From a virus, in IMG/VR virus record IMGVR_UViG_3300031603_000003, positions 15,542-79,541 of that record: 64,000 bases of DNA; one strand, written 5' to 3'. Every line of letters starts with the position of its first letter. Position 1 is the stretch's first letter. The notes beneath the pieces are model-generated. The model worked only from the letters and a program-made list of their open reading frames with translations. It was not told the DNA's origin and made no database searches. Positions 30,901 to 39,200 of this stretch are shown piece by piece. The position numbers and the translations under genes are program-made.

Positions 30901-33900
30901 AAACTCTTGCCCAAACTGTGCCAGCATGCCGGCTGCTTTCATCTCCGGCGTAGCCCCGGCCCATTCCTGGGTAGTGAAATCAATATCAAATATAGATGCT
31001 TTACGTAGCTTTTCGAGTGACTCCTCTAGAGCCTTGGATCCAACTTTAGTAATCTTCTTCTTTAGTACCCTGTTACTCTCACCCTGCATGTACGCGGAGA
31101 TGAGTTGTACGGTCTTGGCTGCGTCGCGGACTGGTTGTTTACCTTCCCTGTTGACATAATTAAAGCCTAACTTAGGAGCATAGAACCCTGCCAAGTACCC
31201 GAAGTCTTCCATTGATCTTATATCATTGTGGCGGTTGCCGATACTGTCCATTACGATGGTGTTGAACATAGCCAGAGCTTTAGGTTTAAGACTAGGTAAG
31301 CCGTTGGCTTGTTCTGGGCGCATGTACATCATCCAGAAATCAGTGGCATCACTTGTTACGGACATCGACGTTAGAATACGTAGTGCTTGTGAGGTCATGC
31401 TCAGATGACCGTACTGTACGGGAACTATATCAAATAGTGCAGCTGATGTATCATCACCTACCTGGCTTTTCCAACGCTTGAAGTGTCTAGCTTTTAGCTT
31501 ATCGCCGCTGTTAGTAGCTTGCTCTAGTAATGTACCTAATGCTTGTTTCTGTTTAGTAAGACCAGCCGCCCATTGCGATACTACCTTGGCATCATTATTC
31601 CACAGCTTTTTGGCGGACTTGTTAAACTTATCCTTTACGTAACCCCAGGTTACACCGGCTTCCTCGAGCATGTTCTCAAGGACATGTAGGTCCACCCGCT
31701 CAAGTACAGTTGTCTCAATCTTAGCTGGGATCTCTGGTACATATATTATATGATCAACCAGGTTACCGGCAGCATTAGTGGTTTTAATCTTGCGTTTTAC
31801 ATACTTTACCTGTGATGCTACATCAGGTCCTAGTAAGGTGGAGAATGCTTTCTCAAGTGTACGTTTAGTGTGGTCTGGTTCAGAACCGTCAAGTACTAAC
31901 TTGAGTTGTATACGATTAATCTGGTGTATGATATTGGAAGCTATCTCATTACGATTACCACCAAGCTTAATGCCAGATGCAGCTTGGGTGTACAGTGGAT
32001 CTATATTTAGTCCACGACCAAAGCCCATGAGTGCGTTAATAGAAAACTTAGCTGTCTTATCACCGTAGAATGCCTTGGTACCTACACCTCCGGGGACGTA
32101 CTGCGCTAGGTTAACCGTCAGGTACCCAGTATCTGCATCATAATGAAGGGACTGTGGTATACCTGGAATTTGACCATGATACCTAGTGTCCGCGGCTATG
32201 CTTCCTATAACAGCACCATCAGCCTTAGCGCCGAGACTGGAGCGCGTCATTCCGCCGAATACTCTATCCTTATTGCGTACTGCTATGTCACCTCCTGGAG
32301 CCTTACCAGTTTTGATCCAGTTATTAACTAAATCCCAACCCTCTTGTTGACTATTTAGTCCAAGAGTAAAACTTCCATCAAGATGTAAGTGTAATCGTTC
32401 TTGTAGTAAGCCATCAGCTATGACCCTGTTAATGGCATTACCTATTGCTTTGTGCTTACCGATGCCTGACAGTACTTTAACTAACTCTGCTTCAGGTAAA
32501 GCACCTGCAGAGACTGCTAGGCCGGCAGGGGATGCGGAAGATAAGTTAAGTTTAAACTGAGCCTTAACTTGCTTGATACCTTTGTACGAACTAAGGTTTT
32601 GACGTAATTCGTCCGTCACTACGAGCCCTGATTCAAATACAGGTGCGAAGCTCTCAGGCATGAGCGTCATGACTACCATTTGGTGTGTGTGAGCGAGCTT
32701 GTTATCACTATTAATGTTATCAAGTACTCCGTACAGTGAAGAGGCTACACCTTTAGCCATTAAATTGTAGTTAAGCTTTTCACTAGTACCGAGGCGGTCA
32801 CTAATGAACTTATTAAACTTATCAGTATCATCAAATGATCCACTATACTGCGCAGATACATATTGTCTGATAGTAGCACTAGCCTCTGTCTCTAGTACAC
32901 CACCATGTCCATAGATACCAGTCATTGGTCCATTGGGGTTCAAGACACGGGCGGAGAGTACCTGGTACTTTTCACGAGAGAAGTTGTTCAGCAGACCGAA
33001 GGGCATTACACCCTCCAGTGAAAGTAATGTACCGCGAAGGTCGGAGGCTGAATGTCTAGGTTGGGACATCAACGATAGACCTAGGCTATGTGCCGGCGCG
33101 CCGTTGACTCCCCACTTGTCATAGATACCGAAAAGTTCTTGATTCTGTGCAGCAATATCTAGACTACGATGCCACTCGGCGCTTTGTCCACCCTTCTGCA
33201 GGTAGTTGGCTGCTACTTCAGTGTACTCCCGTATTCTACGTTTCTCCCTGGAGCCCATATCATTGTACAGTCTTTTAATACCGAAGTAATTCAGTACAGA
33301 TACCATGGAGTCAAATTGTGCTAAGTGACCAGTAGCCGTACCATCAAATTTGAGATGTAAGTCGTTGGCTTGAATAAGTCCTAGTATACGATTAGCATCC
33401 TTTATACGTCCCTGGTCAAACCCGCGCAATACACCTGCTTTATTCTGGTGTGTTGATGGGTTAGCTATATTCTGCGCGTACTGCAGTATATCTGAGAACT
33501 CATCCGTGGACACATTGTAGATATCTTTGAAGATGTCAGTCTGTGACTCAGCTTTATTCTGTCCCATCTTTAGTACATGATAGGCACTCTGTATATTAAA
33601 ATGAGAAAAGGTTTCACTTCGTGGATCAGTATTAAATAACTTACTAAGTATATTCTTGAACTTGGTCTTAAGCTTTCTAGTTAACCCTAACTCCGAGTTC
33701 AAGGCTCTTTCCATCAACGGGATATCAGCTTGTGTATGTGCTTGTCCTATGAAGATTACAGGGAATAGGTCATCCCCTCTATCAGCAGACATGGCGTTTA
33801 TACCGGTAGACATGTTATCCAACATCTGTATTAACATCTTCGCCGGTGTACTGGTGGTCTCTTCAAGTGCTTTAATTATCTTATTAGCTTCGCCGCGGTC

Positions 33901-36252
33901 GCCTACTTGTTGTAACACCCAGTCCTTGACACGTTGGGTTAACACTTCATCCATACCAAAAGCGTTAGGTTTAGCTAATAGGGCCGTCTTGCCCTTTGGC
34001 ATGAACGTGACTCTGTCCTCAAAGAGGTTGATAGTTGTTTGCCCACCCTGCCATATCTCAGAACTAGGATGTCGAGCTACCTGCTGCAGTCCAGCGGACT
34101 GAGAGGCCATGGAGTGAGAGAACTCCATATCAAATGCAATTCCTATTCCACCTGTATCTAGTAATTCTAAACCACGTTTACCTTCTAACACTTTTACATA
34201 GTCGTTGTATGAGGCTGCGTTTCTACGAAAGTCCATCTCTTGCGACTGTACGGTCAAAGCTGTACGGAAATCAGCTCCAGTAAGTTCAGCCGGTGACAGC
34301 TTAGTTGAGTCCTTACGTGCTAATCTGTTCCATAGTCCCTCCGTACGGTCAGGGTTAGTAAACGTTTCAATGAAATCATTTAATGCTTTTTCCGCTGTAC
34401 GCTCGATAGAATCCATACGGCCGGCTGTATAATCCACGAGACCATCTAGATCTGGATTGAACCCGCTAGCTCTATTCAATACTGTGCGCTGGTACAGTGT
34501 TGAAACCTGTGCTTGTCCGCCAAGAGTAGGAGTCACGACGCCACGTACGTTTATAGGTACTAGTACACTAGCGTTTAACCCACCACTAATGTAGCTTAGT
34601 TTTAAGTGTTGTTGTGTTATTCCTGCGTTATCAAACGTATAACCTTCTACTTTGAATTGCAGTTTCTCTAGCAAATCAGTTAATACTTTTAGCTTCTTCT
34701 GATCTGCGCCGGCACCAAGTACGGCTCTATTCTTGGCGTCAGCCTTAGCTCTTAGTACAACCTGCTTTATATTATCTAGTTGTTTACCAAGACGTTCAGC
34801 TACGACACCTGGATTATGAAACTTATCATATACAGCACCTTGCCCTAAGACCCTGTACATATCTTTGTGCAGTCTCGTGCGCAAACGTTCTAGATGATTG
34901 GGGTTTCCATTAGCTAAGTCTAACCAGTTACGTATATCTCCAGATGATCCTAGAGTGAACGCCTGCGGTTTACCGAACTTTACCTGTGGATTCACTACCT
35001 TGGTGAAGGTATCGACTAGCCTTTCTTTGTTAGCTTGGTTAAGTTTCTGCGCTGTCTTCTTGAGAACCTTCACAACCTGTGAAGACGGAGCCTGCGATGC
35101 TTGCATCTCGGAGAATCTAGTCTCCAGTGCGACCGCGTTTTGCCGGATATCATCCATCGTAACGAACCCAGCTTCTAATGTAGCGATAGGTTGTCGACCA
35201 TACACTTCGGAGTACGCGTTAGCGAAAGCGATTAGCTTACTATACTGTGCCATTTCTCCGGGAGTTTCGGCAGCCTTGTATAGATCTACAGCTAGTAGTT
35301 CAGCTACGCCACGTACGGATGATTGTGTAGTTTTGTTAGTGGACATGCCATCTACGAGTATCTTCCGTGTTTGCATGTACTGTTCTTTACGAAATGCACT
35401 AAGCTTATCGGCTGCCTCAGACTCTACGGTCTCAATTACCTGTCCAGGTAATTTACCAGCATCGATATGTTTCTTAAGTTCCATGACCATGATGGCATTT
35501 TGTAATGCCTCATCACTGGCGGTTCTGAAATTGTATACTACGTTACCGTAGCTCTTATCCTTTAGTACTAAAGCTAAGCCTGCCTTTAACCTAGCGTTAT
35601 ATCTCTTATTTTGTGCAGTATTTGGGGTAAACAACTCATCTTGTATAGCCAAGGTGGTATGTTCGTCCATGACGTGCTCGCCGCCTAGAACTTGTGTTGC
35701 TAGATTATTGGGTAAATCACCAATAATACCCTGTAATTTCATCAACTTAGCAGAGCTTTTAAACAGTATTTCATTAGCATCATTATTAACTAACGGATGC
35801 GCGCTGTTCACTCCGTAAACATTAGCCCAATAGCTGGAGATTGGATTAGCTAGTGTGTGTGCATCGCGTTTACTGATCTGTTCTACGAACTCACCAGCTG
35901 CGTTGCGTTTCTTACCGAACTTTCGTATATTCTTTTCTTGTTCTCGTGCTCGTTTATACCCAGCAATCATCATTGCCGTGTTGGATCCATCTGCCTTAAC
36001 ATACGCGGCGTTAGTCTGGATACCAGCGTTTGCGAAGATTTGATCGGCGGGACGATCTCCTGCTTTTAATACTTCCGGTACATCTATGATACGACTTAAT
36101 ATATCGTGTACGGCTGACTTAAATGATCCAGGTTCCTGGGCCGCCCACGCTTGGTGAATAGCTCTAGAGCCTTTGACTATACCAAGAATAGCTGGGAGCG
36201 CTAACGCCGCCGACAGTAGTACATCTTTAGTCTCTTTTTGCTTATTAGCCAC
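27994..36252 (-). CDS. Single-chain two-barrel (DPBB) DNA-dependent RNA polymerase, probably virion-packaged, with embedded DEDDh exonuclease (2752 aa)
   Basis: Beta'-like LRDRNPSH and VFLDPLAMKFLRADQDGDTAAI; beta-like LLSLEGVMPFGLLNNFSR, MVVMTLMPESFAPVFESGLVV and VGTKAFYGDKTAKF; exonuclease FDMEF / ADIPL / HLAQFD. GTG start preceded by AGGAG. Confidence 0.85.
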   Translation of the reverse strand: MANKQKETKDVLLSAALALPAILGIVKGSRAIHQAWAAQEPGSFKSAVHDILSRIIDVPEVLKAGDRPADQIFANAGIQTNAAYVKADGSNTAMMIAGYKRAREQEKNIRKFGKKRNAAGEFVEQISKRDAHTLANPISSYWANVYGVNSAHPLVNNDANEILFKSSAKLMKLQGIIGDLPNNLATQVLGGEHVMDEHTTLAIQDELFTPNTAQNKRYNARLKAGLALVLKDKSYGNVVYNFRTASDEALQNAIMVMELKKHIDAGKLPGQVIETVESEAADKLSAFRKEQYMQTRKILVDGMSTNKTTQSSVRGVAELLAVDLYKAAETPGEMAQYSKLIAFANAYSEVYGRQPIATLEAGFVTMDDIRQNAVALETRFSEMQASQAPSSQVVKVLKKTAQKLNQANKERLVDTFTKVVNPQVKFGKPQAFTLGSSGDIRNWLDLANGNPNHLERLRTRLHKDMYRVLGQGAVYDKFHNPGVVAERLGKQLDNIKQVVLRAKADAKNRAVLGAGADQKKLKVLTDLLEKLQFKVEGYTFDNAGITQQHLKLSYISGGLNASVLVPINVRGVVTPTLGGQAQVSTLYQRTVLNRASGFNPDLDGLVDYTAGRMDSIERTAEKALNDFIETFTNPDRTEGLWNRLARKDSTKLSPAELTGADFRTALTVQSQEMDFRRNAASYNDYVKVLEGKRGLELLDTGGIGIAFDMEFSHSMASQSAGLQQVARHPSSEIWQGGQTTINLFEDRVTFMPKGKTALLAKPNAFGMDEVLTQRVKDWVLQQVGDRGEANKIIKALEETTSTPAKMLIQMLDNMSTGINAMSADRGDDLFPVIFIGQAHTQADIPLMERALNSELGLTRKLKTKFKNILSKLFNTDPRSETFSHFNIQSAYHVLKMGQNKAESQTDIFKDIYNVSTDEFSDILQYAQNIANPSTHQNKAGVLRGFDQGRIKDANRILGLIQANDLHLKFDGTATGHLAQFDSMVSVLNYFGIKRLYNDMGSREKRRIREYTEVAANYLQKGGQSAEWHRSLDIAAQNQELFGIYDKWGVNGAPAHSLGLSLMSQPRHSASDLRGTLLSLEGVMPFGLLNNFSREKYQVLSARVLNPNGPMTGIYGHGGVLETEASATIRQYVSAQYSGSFDDTDKFNKFISDRLGTSEKLNYNLMAKGVASSLYGVLDNINSDNKLAHTHQMVVMTLMPESFAPVFESGLVVTDELRQNLSSYKGIKQVKAQFKLNLSSASPAGLAVSAGALPEAELVKVLSGIGKHKAIGNAINRVIADGLLQERLHLHLDGSFTLGLNSQQEGWDLVNNWIKTGKAPGGDIAVRNKDRVFGGMTRSSLGAKADGAVIGSIAADTRYHGQIPGIPQSLHYDADTGYLTVNLAQYVPGGVGTKAFYGDKTAKFSINALMGFGRGLNIDPLYTQAASGIKLGGNRNEIASNIIHQINRIQLKLVLDGSEPDHTKRTLEKAFSTLLGPDVASQVKYVKRKIKTTNAAGNLVDHIIYVPEIPAKIETTVLERVDLHVLENMLEEAGVTWGYVKDKFNKSAKKLWNNDAKVVSQWAAGLTKQKQALGTLLEQATNSGDKLKARHFKRWKSQVGDDTSAALFDIVPVQYGHLSMTSQALRILTSMSVTSDATDFWMMYMRPEQANGLPSLKPKALAMFNTIVMDSIGNRHNDIRSMEDFGYLAGFYAPKLGFNYVNREGKQPVRDAAKTVQLISAYMQGESNRVLKKKITKVGSKALEESLEKLRKASIFDIDFTTQEWAGATPEMKAAGMLAQFGQEFQDTQTGEYIQLAGMAESRISQVRAAFFDSDNLFGALEKNDPAYRGFKLDSVDEMLDKIDMSKFNDEERDAFRKAIKKRIGTENMTLSIKHMGAVKDLAIHGELQSAGSMDKAKFKAFREFIESNADKRGPNIIDEVIFPALTGILRPHDKDGLAIMAGASSKFLEGAEAISAFQTAFHVGIKETAEEDFMREYNRRRELTSEIVDRASLGILGHLFEQSKFRSTASTVSMSHGKIMNSMGILPTLISMQEQLSLGVLEDSKIKLPGWLKKGLGQEFVASKQSELQLSTILNRITGGGSPIDPVTGVVRARGLGVNESFVFGKAGARQLKEAVKTGDLSYQEAYQFFTAEISGKQLRDRNPSHIQGMVLAGGTYIFPEQVGAVYDGGAGFSTRSSVFLDPLAMKFLRADQDGDTAAIINIGGWRDREGKIGIKRTMYQQSHENHTNMLIDWQKIQIERDGGTPYLADIFDEANFATESSPGGTRQLYKLDKAAMGTNPHLFVDPSEALSASFFKKQLEMDSRVDTQLAYMTQKSFTQVIGGFHKKLYAAAYGPNSVMRQLGSLLNEGPQREAASGMFNRMMEEVGLHAKGITSNSVLEALDYLHSPSDLMGGYSNMHVMNLFVAELGQRTGIEKTSSNPVTSLIKMMGHLNTVTWGEDRTSLDASIDYFTKRMGEDRKLTLTYHANRQDLASMNDATLEKAQLRAGKLLESWHTASIAVHKLGSTLVQLQTDANSRGDDTYAAKLGDLMQAVGAADDLANKTKGITVSSLESQISRDQVLRTEMSQMIAPELKRMGLARSSASVFQTLLELEGHVGGALAEEFNSRRIFTEKIKQYTKSVFALDQNSFLRNHGRKVLTVAGLALFFDPNTGNQIVGETIGKGGEQYDTPNMSEVTKGYRNRKSVHLKEQSATLKDKLMDKLKNSPDNAPQLVKGMRVPERPHYEYNNKKRRHTAISSSDYLRRAGSLVR

Positions 36253-39200
36253 GTGTTCTCCTTGATATCTCGCGAGCAGAGTCTCTCTGGATTTCTACTT
36301 CTAGCTTGATACCTTCAGCCCCTGCTGATGGTGTGTCCGTAACTTCGACGGTAAATGTCATGCCAGACATAGTTAATTGCTGAGTGATATATCCTTGTAT
36401 CTCTGGTATATCTATATCTACTGAGCTTTGCCCTGAAGAAGGTGCATGTATATCTAATGCCCTGGACTTTAACAGACTTTGTTCAGCGGCTTTAACCTGG
36501 TCACGCCAACCTAACCCAAAGTCATGAGAATCAAGGCCGGCTGATTCCACCGTCTTCATTTCAAAGAAGTCCATGTTAGCGGACGGTTGCATTATTGGAT
36601 CAGTAGCTAATGGGCGTTGATGTGTTTCGAAGTATTGAGTAGCATCGAAGGCACTGTCTCTGCTCTCGTTCCAGGTCTTGGATAGTACGCGCGCCATGCT
36701 GGCATCAACCTTGCGTAAGATCTGTTGTCGTCTTTCCGGATCACGTTCGTTCATGAACGCTGTAAAGAATGGTCTATCCCAGTACGGGATGGCGGAGAAG
36801 GTAACTCCTAGATCTAATTGTGCACGATATGATGTGTCACCGGCGGTATCCTGACCACCCCACGGTGAGTGGTGCCCGTAGTTAGGTGTGCCCTGCATAT
36901 TGTACGCTTGATACGCGTAGCGGTTAGTTTGATTCATCTCTTCCGGGTTCTGGGCGAACGCACCAAAGCCAACAGCAGTCTGGCTCATTTGTCTCAAGTA
37001 CCTACTATCTTTCGTGAGGTCATACATCCGTGAAGCTTTGTCGTACTTAACGACATCGAAGTATTCAGAGTATTCACTGAGTTCTTCGAAGTGGTCAGGT
37101 TTGTATTCTGTACCGGTGATAGTTCTAGCGAGTCCGTGCGCTGTACCGTATGCAGCACCTACGGCTGCTCCAACAGTGGCACCGAATGGTCCACCGACTA
37201 GTGCTCCACCAGCTCCCCAACTCAGAGCTCCCTGTACGGGCCCGGTAGCTGATAGCGCTCCGCGTGTCCATGGCTTGATGAATGATTCAACTGGGTTTCC
37301 CCATCCTTGAAAGCCTTTACCTAATACCACTTCGTTATCGTACATTTCCTCTGGTGAATACACACCGAAAAACTTCGTATGTAACGGAGTACGATAACTC
37401 ATGAGCTTTTCCCAAACAGCACCAACGGCCCGTTCGGTTAATGAATATTCAGCTGCAGCTCTGATGTTCTCATTCAAGTTGTACGAGGTGTATTCAGCAC
37501 TGGGTGCAATCCAATCTGTACCTTGGAATCGTTTGTCATACATTTCATACTTGTTAACTACACCTTTAGCATGTCTCTTTAACATGTCTAATCTATTGAC
37601 CTGGCTATCAGTGAGCATACCGCGTTCTGCTTGTTCTTCGACGATTTGTCCTATTTCACGAAACTCTTTACTGAATGGGGATGTATTAAGTAATACTTCG
37701 AAGCGATCAGTGTAACTATAACCACCGGCAGCTTGACCGTATCCTTCTTCTAGATAACCGGCCGCCATACCGCGCGCTTGGTTAAGCGTGTTGATAGAGT
37801 CGTCCCACATGTCCGCGTTGTATCGGGTGAAAAACGACTTAACCTGTGAAGGATCATCTCGATTGACGTAGATTATCTTACCTGACTGTGCACCCATGAT
37901 GTGCATATAAGCATTCAACTGCACAACATTTGCTCGTTTTGGTGCACGGAGTTTACTAAAACCTGCGGCGCTGATAGATTTGATTTCACCAGGTGAGCCG
38001 ACTTTGTCCACTGTAGGAAAAACTAAATCAACATAGGATGATAATCTGTTCTCTGGGTCAGTGATTAATGCTTCTGTCTTGATTGCGCGGTTCTCTGCTT
38101 TCAATGCGGTCTGCACCATACGATGAATAGCAGTACCACCCTCCATAATCTCAATGGCATCCTCATCGAATTGGTTTAATCCTAAGAACCCCATAGCCTG
38201 ATCAAATGCGCTGGAACCTAATCTCGAGATACCGGACGGGAAATCAATGGTTGTTTCGTGTGTAGCTTCGTAGCCAGATCCTGGAAGAATATATTCCCCT
38301 AAAGGACGTTTGGTATTGTGTGTACAAACACAGCCCACACAGAAACTATCATCGGTATCTACTTCGAATCCGTATACGAGACCATCGTAACGTTCTCTCT
38401 TGATCCATTCGATACCTAGACTCATATATTGTTTGTTACCGATTACGCGCAATATAGTGGAAGGTAATTCATTACCTGTAATCTGTCCTCTATCGTATAC
38501 ACGTTCGCCTGTTAATATATGGTGTAACGTAACTGCTGATTTACCATATACTTGCACAGTGTTGCCTTCGAGAACTCCATGAATATGAAGTTGTGCTAAG
38601 TGACTCCAGATCTGATATGCTAAGTTTCGTGTAGGCATTTCAAACGTAAGTTCCATGCCTCTCATGTTAGTAGTCAGAAACTGTCTAGTGAACTGCAGTA
38701 ATGCAGGAGTACCCACAGCGTACAATTCATCTGGTATACCGTACGTCTGCATCTGTTCTAGTAACTCAGCTACAGCGCCGGAGCGGAAGCTATTATCTCT
38801 GTTTACTGATACTCCAAAGTATGTATCTACTAGGTGTACAATCTCTCCATGATCTATCGGGCAGTTGATTAACTTTATATGTTCATCTTCATACTTACCG
38901 TACGCCAGTATGATACCTAGTGTAAACGCATACCCACCTGTGACTACACCAGAACGTCTAGTAGACATTTCTGTGTGCACAGCTGGCGCTGTTGTACGTA
39001 AGTCACGCAGTGGGTATCTTACTCTATGTTTCTTGGTAAGATTCTCCGCTTTAACATAATGTCCATTGTCACTTACTAGGAATGGATGTTCACTAGTAAC
39101 ACGGATTAATGTATCAGTATGTTTTAACTTAATAACATATACGCGTTCCTTGACTGGTCTAGGTAGAATAGCGGATACCGGAACGTAACGACCACGTGTG

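Noticed and set aside
37800-38150. Cas4-like domain as evidence of a CRISPR system
   Set aside because: No repeat-spacer array or other cas genes seen; the domain is embedded in a structural protein and lacks Fe-S cysteines.
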